A DNA stretch of 44,642 nt, from positions 1 through 44,642 of the forward strand of contig JALDZS010000188.1 in NCBI GenBank assembly GCA_022813965.1. Reading direction: 5' to 3'. Source of the DNA: Toensbergia leucococca. Lineage: Eukaryota. A model generated the notes under the pieces. That model saw nothing but the letters and a program-made list of their open reading frames with translations. It was not told where the DNA came from and searched no databases. A program made the position numbers and the translations under genes. This document shows positions 23,297 through 34,084 of the stretch, piece after piece. Position 1 is the first letter of the stretch. Each line of letters opens with the position of its first letter.

Positions 23297-24818
23297 TTAC
23301 TTCATTAAGAGAACATCCGCCATGTGTACCGTCTTTGGCACAATTGCCGTAGTGATGATATCCGTAACCACGACCACGGGATTCGCGCTCAAACGAACCT
23401 TTAAGTCCAGTTTCTTGAGCGACAATGGGTCACCCTTGAGAATTGGGTCGCGATTGACCATACAGTTGGGGTTAAAATAGCTTTTTCTTCCGTATTTCGG
23501 GTAGTCAAACGTGTACGTGAGTGGCCTGGAGGCCATCGCAATACACACACGATATGCTTCTGCAAACATGTAGCGGAAGTCATCCCAGGCCATATCTGCC
23601 CCAGGAGCAAGAAGACTATTCAAAACATCCCATGAGATGGAAGCTCTCTCACTAATTTGACGTTCAAGCCAGTTTTCAAACCCGGGCAACTTAGTCAACT
23701 CTTGTACGGCGTCTGCAATAATGACCATGAAAGCCTGACGCATGTTGTCAGGCATTCCCCGCTGGATATTTCGACGTGCATGGCCGATCTTGCTGTCAAT
23801 CTCAGGGTTGAAGCCTTTCAGGACCCCAATCCTCAAGATGACATCTGTGAAGTGGAGGTTGATGACCCTCGCAATCAGATGAAAACGAGTACTTCCAGAA
23901 CCTAATAATTCAGGAACAATTGACATGTCAGTGACAGTGCCGAATTGCTTTTTTAGTTCCTCTGGGATTGCCATGTCACGGGCACGGTCAGGAACATTGG
24001 CGAAATTACGAGCCCAATCTTCCACAACTTTGAAGAGCTGAGTATACTCTGTCGACCAGTCCACATCCGGGATCTCTTCTTCCTGGACCACCATAAGGCT
24101 GCTGTTGTTTCGATTGTACTGCTGGTTTAGCGCTACTGGTCCGGCACTAGCAGAAGGCTGGAATCCGGTAGCAAAAGAAGGACCAGAGGTCTGATGATGT
24201 GGAGCATTCCAGTTTGCGGTCTGCTGCCCTTGATGGAGGTTGTAGGATGGTGGAGGTTGTGCATAAATGTGCGGACGGACTTCACCAGCGTTAGTGTTGT
24301 GATGACTTCCGCTACGAAGTGGCGTGGTGCGAGGCTCATGGCTCATGGATGTGGATATAGTATTGCTCTGCACTTTGATAGTCTTTGCCTGTCTGGCAGC
24401 TGTATCCTCTAGCGTAAGGATGCTGCCCTTCAGAGCGTATATCAAAGAGTCTTGCTCATGCTTCAACTGTGTAGCGACCTCAAGAGATTGTCTAAGCGCA
24501 AGAATCTCCATCCGAGCCTTGTCGCGCTCAGAATTGAACTGTGAGGCCTGTTCTCTCAGGCGAAGCATAGCTGAATCATGCGTGGATATGATACCCTTCA
24601 ATTTGCCAATCTCCTGATGGCATTGCAGAATAGTCATTTCCTTAGGTGCCATTAGCTAGAGGTAAAACCAGTGAATCATCATAAATTGATCTTAGGATGG
24701 GACTTACTGCCACAGGATAATGCATTTGTGAGGATGAGCCGAGCGTCGAATCAGTATTCCCTTGCGACGAACGTGGACGAAGGCGAGACATGTCATTTGT
24801 TTTGTATTGTTTCGCCAT
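23297..24818 (-). CDS. Uncharacterised protein with N-terminal coiled coil, Q/H/P-rich linker and helical C-terminal domain (exons 24818-24708 and 24655-23297)
   Basis: The 451-aa ORF is extended in frame by a 37-codon exon across phase-0 intron 24707-24656 (GTAAGT..TAG). Heptad-like region LRLREQASQFNSERDKARMEILALRQSLE. An in-frame ATG at 25019 is an alternative start. Confidence 0.8.
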
Positions 24819-26399
24819 CGCGTCCAAATCAGAAGAGGTAGACTTGGGATGACAAATAACGAAGAACAAAGGTTGAATAAGGACCACGGCGATGGTACAC
24901 AAGGCCGGATGATTGTCGATCAGAATGTACAGATTCTGTTCACAGATATGGTCAGATTTTGTTATATTTAATACGTGAACAATAGTGATCGTAATCGTAT
25001 AGTAAGACCACAACGACATTCATGGATGCTGGGAGTGTGGACACTGGAAATTGCGAAAGGTTGAGGAAATAGAGAGCGAAGGTGATAGCCACAGTAGAAG
25101 CTAGCAAAGCTTCCCAGGTGTGTGGTAGATGGTGGAGAGTGTTTAGTTGCAGGAACTGACAGGTTCGGTATGGTAGGGAGCTGGTATAATTTGAGAGAAC
25201 GAGGCTGGGAATGTCTCAAATTTGTGTTGGAGTGGTGTGGTCGAGGACGATAGTGTATAGGGATGGTGGGCTTACCAAGTACCATGCACTAGTCTTTTGA
25301 TAAGCCGTAGAGCAAATCAGCTACCATAAGAATGCGGATCGGATGTTAAGGAGTATTTTGGAGTTGGGACGAAAGAAGTTGTAGATGAAGGAAGCCGAGA
25401 ATGATCAGGCAGCGTGCATTAGAGATGTGTGTTGGAGGTTGAAGGGAGGAATCGTAGAGAGTGTGAATGGAAAGGGTTGTGAAATTTTCGAGGAGGCTGG
25501 GCGAATGATGTGGTAGAATCGAGTAGCTACATACCGGAAATGAATCGATACCAGAAAGATCTTGAAGGTAGAGTTAGAAGGGACTGTAGGATGGCCGAAT
25601 GAAACGATGTGAGCTCACTGATTAGCAGAGGTTCCACGAACGCTTTCTGTGTGTTTTCAGGCAAAGCGTGTAGACGAGCAGGCTTTAGTAAGCAGGGAAG
25701 GAGTTTGTAGATTTGTAGATGGGCTTGAACAGCAGTAGATGAATCGACCTCGTCGCCTCGACTTGGTTGAAGGTTATGTCTGGACCAGCGAGCACAACGA
25801 GGATGGATAGGCACTTCTTCTGTTTGCTCAAGCGAGCCCTACAGAAGGAAAGGCACGAAGGCTTCGGGACTTTTGCTAGATAGCCATACTTGAAAAGCCC
25901 ACGTTACGCTTCAGATGGTGTTTGCTATGATGAAGCCTGTCACTTCATAGTCATTCATTCCAGTGCTTGTTGTTGATCCTCGAAACCCAACCAAGTACGA
26001 TTTATCTACACGGCATCACCAACCGTGGCCATGCACCTGGTTGACTCTTTACCACGCCACTTAGTCAGAGAGCTGGTTACCTAAACGAAGCTTTTGTAGG
26101 ATGTGAATATCTTCTTGAACTCTTTCACTTTCTACCCTTCATAACTTTAGGATTGCCTGAACCATTCTCTTGTGGCTTTGTGACCCTGTTTCATCAAGTC
26201 ATCCACGTCGACTCCATTTCTTTTAGAGCGATAAGACCATTTAACTTTAGGAAACGTGTTGAACTCGATCAACACTCACACTCAAAGGTATCGTCACAGC
26301 TCAGTGGTGTTGAGCTGCCCCTTAATCCATCGGCTGACTCGAATAGCTCTTCCAAACACGTGAGCCTTAGCATACCCATCTTAGGTTTGGACGACTAGG

Positions 26400-28009
26400 T
26401 TGGAATCGGGATCTTTCTTGGTACATCGAACGAATAAACCTTACGTTCGGTGTGTTGAAGGCATCCATCTCAATACGCATGGAGCGCTATCCACAAGCCA
26501 GCCAGAGAATTGAATCAGCTACATAGCTGCAGTCAAGCATACCACAGTCAGAATCCATAGGAGCCCAGAAGGCCTGTCTGCAACTTCTTTAGGGATGGCT
26601 TTGTCATATTCTCGCACAACATCCAAGCATGGTCAGTCTGCAACTTCTTTAGGGATGGCTTTGTTATGTTCTCGCACAACATCCAAGCATGGCCGGTCTG
26701 TCCGATGATATTATCTTCTATAGACATACTTCTGCAAGATCCGTCGGTTAGGACATAAGCCTGAGGATTCAAGATACCAATATCGGAAGTTGTGCTTCGC
26801 TTTTGAATGAGCTTATCCCAAATGGAACAAAGTGTGGAATTCGAAGTCTCTAGCATCGGACGTAGCCCTCAGACTCACCACGTATCTGTCATTGAATGGA
26901 AAAGCAGATAGTCAGAGGACCCTTTAGTCGATGCCAGTGGAAAGAGCACACCGTCTACCAATTCAGTAGTACTCTCGAACTTCAATTTAAGAAGAGCTGA
27001 TACAATCCTACTCGAAAGGTCTCGCTAGTCTCTTATTCGACTCAACCTCGAAGCTTTGAGAAAGAAAACACAGCCCGACGTATCCATTGTGATTCTCTAC
27101 TGACCCAACATTTTTTTCATAGGGGAGTCTTGTTATCATAGATAAAGCAATGCCTTGCATTTCTCCATTCCGAGTTAATGTGGCCATGAGCAGAACAGAC
27201 CAACTCGAACAGTCCATGCGATGCAATCCATCCTGGTGGTCCGAATGATTCTCGATAACCCCCAATGGCCATAATATTGCTGAAGCCTATTCTTGAAGAT
27301 CGGTCCACGACGATAACTACACCTTGCCCGCAACATGTTTACAGGAGTTCTATGACACCATTAGTAGGAAAAGACTAGATAGGGATCAGATATTAGGAAG
27401 AGGTCTTTCTGGAATTCGAGCTGGCTCCTCAGGTACCACGCAATCCTTTCCTCGTCCACTGTTATCGTGTAAAGAAGGCAAGACAAATTTGATGAGGGCC
27501 AATAACGGAAAAAGCCCAGACATCCCAGAGGATACGGAGGTACTTTATGAACATATGTTGAACGTTAAATTGAGGAACACCTCTGCCCGGACGCAAAAAT
27601 TGCATATGCTTTCTTTTGATTACCGGATCAAGAGGGTATTTCGGGCATGGCTGATTGAGACTCGTTCACGAAATAAAATGCTCTTGCCACTGACATGTCA
27701 ACCAAGACGTTCAATATCTTTGCCAAGGATCAACGAAGGACATCGTCAAGTTGCAAGGAATCTATTCCTTGATGCCCCCTAGAGATCATCGAAATCTTCA
27801 TCTGAGCGCAAAGCTTCAATCATGACCGAGGAATTCTGAAGCAATTTCTTAGTTTCATCTTCAAGACACGCAGCAGAATGTATCGGGAGCGCAATCCGAT
27901 CGTCTTCCTCTGGGTGCAGGCAGATGTTGTTATGAAGACTTTCGAGATCAATGAAGCGAGCAGCGGCCTCTGGGTGCAGATCACGAGAAAGCTTTGATCC
28001 TTGAAGGGC
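26400..28009 (-). pseudogene. Decayed coding relic of unknown family
   Basis: Exon-like open frame 28009-27779 after a TAG acceptor (ALQGSKLSRDLHPEAAARFIDLES..DEDFDDL*), followed by protein-like fragments broken by stops and frameshifts down to about 26400. Confidence 0.35.
26576..26700. repeat. Tandem duplication, 2 x 60 bp
   Basis: 26576-26635 and 26636-26695 differ at only 4 positions, all transitions. Confidence 0.95.
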
Positions 28010-28457
28010 CTAGTATTGGCCCCAAATGTTGTTATTAAAAAGCAGTTCTTATCCTGCAGATTTTACCGCAACGATACCGCTCGAAACTAAATAGCAACAC
28101 TTTAGCAAAGCACGGTGGCGGCATAGCGATCTTGTCACCATACTCCGTCCGTCATTGACGACTAACCCAGAGAATCTCCCACAGAAAGGGACAGCCCTTT
28201 CGAGGAAACTCTTTACTAAACGCACATTTTTTCGAACAATAGGGCTCACTAGACACAAGTCGGAGAGTGGCAGGCACATGTTCAAGAGGCTGCCAGCTCT
28301 TGTGCTGCCGTATGAAGGTCCATCTCAGCCAGCGACACCAACGTCCGAGAATAAGCCGATTCTGGGTGGGATATCATCCGGAAATAAAGACGCCAGTAGT
28401 AGTGGGGCGAGATTTCCGAAGCCTCTCATTGAGTTGCCAGATCCGGAGCCTCAAACT

Positions 28458-28538
28458 CAACAGCCGCAGCCTGACAATTAACAGCCGCAGCCTGACAATT
28501 AACAGCCGCAGCCTCACACTCAACAGCCGCTAGCCTCA
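28458..28538 (+). repeat. 21-bp tandem repeat (about 4 copies) encoding QQPQPDN-like units
   Basis: Units caacagccgcagcctgacaat / taacagccgcagcctgacaat / taacagccgcagcctcacact / caacagccgctagcctca. Confidence 0.95.
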
Positions 28539-28649
28539 GGCCTATGAAGGGGTCGAGGAGCCTGGCAGAAACCTCCACGAACATGACTTTGTGGAGCAGA
28601 CAGCACTTCAGGCTCGAGTGGGAATAACAGGAGGGTCGTCAGTGACAGG

Positions 28650-29052
28650 AGCCAAAAGTGCTCGTTGCAACTTTACTCAGAGTGAAGGCTGGAGAGCGCC
28701 CCGACCCGGACACAATTGTCCAACATCCTTTCTTCTCGATGCAAGGAGGCATCGCTATACCTTCGCGTCTAGATAAGGAGAGTATTCATCACAAAACACT
28801 ATGGCTTCTAGATAGTCGACCATACGGAGATGTCATGTCTTTCGAGCGTGCTTGTGTCAGATTTGTATCATTCAGCAAAGAATGCAGGGTGAGAGACGGG
28901 AAGACGCAGCGGACTACAAGTCTATTCACAGAAACACTACTCTATCAGTGCATGACGCTTGCGTGGTAGAATGAAGGAGGAAACGTACGCCTGAAGTACC
29001 CCTCCCAGAAGAGACGGTCTACTCCTCATATCCCGTCTCGGACAGCTAGCCT
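28650..29052 (+). pseudogene. Fragment of a Polo-like kinase (Cdc5/PlkA): kinase subdomain XI plus downstream linker
   Basis: Translation AK-VLVATLLRVKAGERPDPDTIVQHPFFSMQGG..IPSRLD..WL..PYGDVM, then after a frameshift RTPEVPLPEETVYSSYPVSDS*P. The R-P..HPFF pattern marks kinase subdomain XI, and the linker resembles my recollection of filamentous-ascomycete Cdc5. No upstream kinase motifs are visible. Confidence 0.65.
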
Positions 29053-30613
29053 TGTCCCCTGGCAGTAGACGATGAGGGCAGCATTGGTGCCCTTGGTAGG
29101 CGACGAGAATCTCGAGGAGGAAGAGCACTTGTCGATTTTGAGGACAACTTCCTCGGACGAAACTTCGCGGGAAAGACACCGCGAACGCAACACTTGCCGC
29201 ACTAAATCTTTGAGATGTAACTCTAACACATGTCGGGCAGGTATTTACATTGCCTCGATTGCATTCTTGTTTCCCGTTGTTGACATCTCGCCGATCGACG
29301 GGCTATGCAGAATAGGGCTACCGTTAAGAGTCGCGATTTCGTTGCTCAGCTACGATATCGTACTGTATGTTGGGCTACGTGGTATTCCATGTCGGCGAAA
29401 AGATATTGCTTTTTCGAGGCACCATCCTCCTCTCCACCTCCGGACGACTTTGCGGATTTGAGGATAATGGCTGCCTTTATGGGGATCGATCTGGGCGTCA
29501 ATGATGATGCTTTAGGTGTTGAGATATTAACGTTTCCCCAGGGCTATTCGAGATCAGCCCCAAAAAATGTCGGGCAGGCATATACCTATGTCTCGACTCT
29601 TCATATCTATATATCAAGTTTTCAAAGATATCTTCCGCGTATCCTCCGCCTTTTATGTTGGACAGATGGGTCCGAGAGACATAGGCCTAGATCAGCCGGC
29701 CTGGAGATGGAGGCCACTACGAGTTCACGTAGGAGACCATCAAGCCAGCGGACCCGAACACACGCATCGCTACCGCCACAGCGTTCAACAACGTTGCACA
29801 ATAGTGCGCTTCACAATGTGAGTATGCGGCAGCATCTAGAGCAAGGCTTCAAGATCGATTGTGGTTGCGGTAAATCGATGCTGTATTCCCAAGATATGAT
29901 GGCGGCATCTAGAAGCCCGCGGGCATATGGCTGTGGCTTAGGAGAGAGTTAAGTTATCCGTCTGCTCTTGATTTGACGCGCCCTAGCTTTGAAGCGGGCG
30001 GAACTGGCTTACGACATTGTTGCGACCTGTCGGCGTAAAGAAGTAAAGAGTTCATATTTGGTGGAGACTTGGGATGATGGTCCTGGGATTGGAGCAATTC
30101 GGTCTTTGCATTCGTATTTCCCGTTTCTATCTTAGGAATCACCGATCCGCAAACAGTGTGCAGCGACAGTGAGATCGCTTTGAGTTAGTATAAAACCCGG
30201 ATGATCGTCACTATTGCCTAGGAGCTGCTGCTTTCTTCGAGCCCGTTAGTGTTTCCAGACTTCATCAGCGCGCCCTCCCTCCGTCGTCAGTGGTACGGCG
30301 GAGAGCTTTGAAGGACAAAATGCCTCGGCTCCGACGCTATTGCTAAGAGCTCGCACAGAGAATATCGGGTTGAGAGTGGAGAAAGAGAAGACCAGCAGCA
30401 AAAAGTAGCAAGCCAAGCACCACGCCTGGTATATCGTCGTATCTCTCACTTACCTTCTCACACTGCGTGAGCCTATCAGAAGATCAGAAAGCGAAAGGAG
30501 GAGCCAATGATTTGTACATTGGTGGTTAGCAAGTACATCACGATAAGCAGTCCGTCTAAACACGGCAACATACCATCGTCTATAAAATGGATGTGCCAGT
30601 GCCAGAGTCAGAG

Positions 30614-30731
30614 CCAGAGCTTCATCAACCTGATCAATGCTTTCGTCCAATCAGAGTCTGTGAGAGGCCCTGCCGTTGCCTAAGGAAAGAAGCATCCAGA
30701 GCTTCATCAGCCTGATCGACGCTTCCGTTCA
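30614..30731. repeat. 36-bp dispersed direct repeat (30614-30649 and 30696-30731)
   Basis: ccagagcttcatcaacctgatcaatgctttcgtcca vs ccagagcttcatcagcctgatcgacgcttccgttca: 5 mismatches, all transitions. Confidence 0.85.
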
Positions 30732-30928
30732 TGATACTGCGCCATCAACGAACTGGGTCACAACGAAGGAATTGATGCTACTGGTGCCGATCCGGCAACC
30801 TTCGCTGGTGGCTGGGTAGCCAGTGGCTGCGTAGCCAGTACCTACCTGGAAAGATCGATGCGCTTCTTGCTCCGGAGAACCGAAAGCATACGCTCAAATG
30901 CAAGCTGATTATCCGTAATCCTCTTCAG

Positions 30929-31404
30929 ATGACCCCACAAACATCAGGTCCCAATGACGGGGAGGCTGAAATCAGTGAAGAGGGTGAAGAGGGTGAAGAG
31001 GGCGGCAGCGGCAGCGACAACGAAGGGGAATAATGGGGAGAGGAGTGGGGAGGATGGTCAGATGAGGGGGAAGGATGGTCAGATGAGGAGGAAGAACAGG
31101 ACGAAGATGCAAGAAGAGAGTATGACGAAGGAGCCGGCGAGGGCGACAGTAACGGAGAGAGTAGTGGTCTGGAACTGCCTCAGGTGATGATCTGGCAGCG
31201 AGACTTATCTAGGCGGGAGCGCAACCGACTCTGGGAGTATCTCCTAGGTCTTGACTATGTAGGACCCTTCGATGAGCTTCTTGGTTCCGCCACAGATATT
31301 CCAAGATGCACACCGTCGAATTGTGTTTCTTAAACAATGATGGCAAGCAAGCCGCTGACATTGGCGGCCTCATTGAGAAGATGGAAGAGGCGCTTGGAGG
31401 CTAG
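30929..31404 (+). pseudogene. Relic exon encoding an acidic E/G/D/W-rich protein
   Basis: After GCTGAT..TTCAG the frame reads MTPQTSGPNDGEAEISEEGEEGEEGG..EGE*WGEEWGGWSDEGEGWSDEEEEQDED..LSRRERNRLWEYLLGLDYVGPFDELLG. There is an internal TAA at 31031, a probable frameshift near 31331, and a 2 x 21-bp repeat at 31052-31093. Confidence 0.45.
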
Positions 31405-32891
31405 CCGCGCTTGAAGCAACGGACAGACGAAACCAGGAACCGGATTTGAAGGGAGCACCGATGGATTGAGACTGCTAGATCCTAAGGACCTGTTACGGAT
31501 CTCTGCAGCTAATCAGTCAAAGCAAACCGGCGAAAATGTTCGAAATCATGACTGACGCTCAATATATATAAAGTTTCATCTGGGGGAGCGTGTTCATCGA
31601 CGACTTTTATTCGCAAAAAAGTCCAAGCTCACAGCTGATCATAATTTTATACGCGCTCAAGTCTGATGGTCTTGATGAACCTAATGGCCTCCCTTCTTGT
31701 GAGGTGGTTTTAACACCTCGTTTTAGAAAGGCCCAGCGGACATGATGTTTTGTGTCAGTGTTCTTAAGCCTTTTGCCTTGGATAAGAATGATATCGAGAT
31801 GAGAGCACAGGCTCTCGACGAGACAATATGCCCCGTCCAGGCGAAGATACGCCTGGCTGTCCGGGCATGCTCTTAAGATCAACCATCTATTCAGCGCCGA
31901 GATCGTACCGTACAAACAAGCCTACATTGATCGCAATTTCAAGCAGACTACGATTTTCGAGATATGCGGGATGTTGCAATAAATGATCAAGCGTATGTTT
32001 GTGTTGGTAGACTATGATTGCGAGCATCGCTGGGTAGTTTAGGACTTGTGCTTCTCTCGTGTTACTTTTCCCAGACTGGGCCCCGGAAAGGAATCTCGGA
32101 GCAATACTGGCGAATCTGGTGACACCTTTCGAGCTATCTTGAAATATACTAAGCCCGACTATGGGCTATCTCTCGAAACCTCGAATTTGGCGTTCCGTCC
32201 TGGCTACTTTGGGTTATGCCAGAAACAGATGGCCGACCATAATCATGCTGGAACTCGTGTTGAAAACAACATAAGTAGGAATTAAGGACGCTGGAGAGAG
32301 CGAGGGCATCGATAGTATGAGTCCACTTTCAGTTTTTCTGTGAACCTATCCCGGCACTTCAAGGAGGTACAAGGGGTTGATTCCTTGAACGAACCATCTC
32401 CAGTTCTCTCAGCTTCAGTATTTGATGCACTTATTTGATGTGTTGCGTCCTGCCGAGTCGCAGCCTTACTTCTTCCGCAGACCGTTTATTCTTGAGATTT
32501 CAGTCATTACGCACACGACACTCGCCGACCCTGAGAAGAACGTGCCGGGTTATAGCCCTCTTTGCTTCTGTTTTCCGCATTCGTCAAGTGGGTGGAAAGG
32601 CGTTTTCACCTAGAGCATAAAGAGATCCTACATTCATATGATTAATTTCCATGGTAGTCAAGAGGAGTTGAGATCGAGGATGACTTCATTTGTTTTCTTA
32701 ACGTCGCATGAGTTGCTCGAGTTGAAAAATGGTAGGATCTTGCTGTCGCTATCCTGTGGCAGAGAAGCATCATATTAGCGTTGAAGGGAGTATGGTCAGG
32801 AAGGAATTTGGGATTAGAGACATAGTCTTGACAGAATGCACAGATTACAACAGCTTTCTTGCCTCAACATCAACTGAATCCGGGGTACCCC

Positions 32892-33395
32892 CTAGCCCAG
32901 CTTAGAATATGTCTCGTCCACAGGTGGAAAGCAAGCGAAGCCAAGATGCAGGTCACCTATCAATCAAGATTTGGAATGAAGCCTGCGTCAATAATGTTGA
33001 CAGACTTGCATGCTGACCGATATTATGATGGAGTGGACTGATGCTTACCATGTGAGAGAGTCTTGACTCTGTTGACGGGAAGAGTCGTTGCAGGTGTTGA
33101 CAAGTTGACTGAATGACTTGATTCTCTCAGCTTGATCTCAATGTGAGTTATTGTGCTCCTCTCAAAGCCTTGATTGCGGACGAGTAGAGACTTTACTGGC
33201 ACGGGTGGAGGATGAGGAAAGAGGGATTGAAAGTCGAGGTAAGATCAGCGCTCAATGACATCGCCGGTATCACCCCACCGGCGGTTGAACTCCAAAGCCG
33301 CGTTCCAACGCAGGAAAGCCTGCACGGAGATGCAAGCACCACAAAGGTGGATCAAAAAAGCAGATGAGATTGACTGTGTGAGGAGTGAGTGGCAT
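32892..33395 (-). pseudogene. Disrupted small secreted-protein gene with one intron
   Basis: Removing one T from the T6 run (33359-33354) gives the signal-like MPLTPHTVNLICFLIHLCGACISVQA-FLRW. There is an in-frame TGA at 33247 and an intron GTAAGC(33048)..TAG(32957) in compatible phase. Confidence 0.4.
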
Positions 33396-33914
33396 GAGTG
33401 ATGCGTGGGTTTTGGGTGAAGAATATGAGATGCGGTTCACGTCATGAAGATAGAATCGCAGTCACTTAATCATTCCCTGTTTTGTCCCATACCCGAGCGG
33501 ACTGATATGAATTCATGATACATCATCTGAACGGTGCTTTTGTACAGAATCATCCTCAGGCAGAAACTTACTATATGATTGCCGTCTTACTGAGAATAGT
33601 CTGGCACGTCATATATTTGAATCAGTATCAACTGTAAAAGAGTAGCAGCTCAGTGTCTCAGTGGTTACATGCTCACAGATGATACGTATCAACAGAGGAA
33701 CTGACATAAATTAGCGGAGAAAGATTCGGAGATGTCAACCTGTTGAATTAGAATAGGGGCAGTAGATCGCCTGGATCATTTGGTTAATCCGACCCGTACA
33801 TCTCATCTGTATGACGATACGAGTCACAACCTCCCCACTACCTTACCTATTCTAAAATACGGTATCTTAGAGAAATATCTTGGTTTCACACCACATTTTG
33901 ACTTCATTCTCGAT

Positions 33915-34084
33915 CTCTGTTGCACGTTATCTACTCTTACATGTTTATCTACCTACCACTGCCGCTATTGCGTGCCATCTACTCCTTGTAACAACTATTG
34001 AATGTCATTTAAGACTTCTATTGCGTGCTATCTTTGATCTCTATTGCGTCCCATCTACCATCTCTATCGCATGCCGTTTATCAT
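33915..34084. repeat. Degenerate 23-bp minisatellite, consensus close to CTATTGCGTGCCATCTACCATCT
   Basis: The CTATTG-like core recurs at 33995, 34018, 34041 and 34064 (exact 23-nt period), with more divergent copies at 33965 and 33917. Confidence 0.7.

Noticed and set aside
28458..28538. CRISPR-like array
   Set aside because: Head-to-tail repeats without unique spacers in a eukaryotic genome; this is a minisatellite.
29047..29049. TAG at a probable Trp position as an A-to-I editing-corrected stop
   Set aside because: The surrounding fragment also has frameshifts and lacks most of the kinase domain, so a G-to-A mutation in a pseudogene is simpler.
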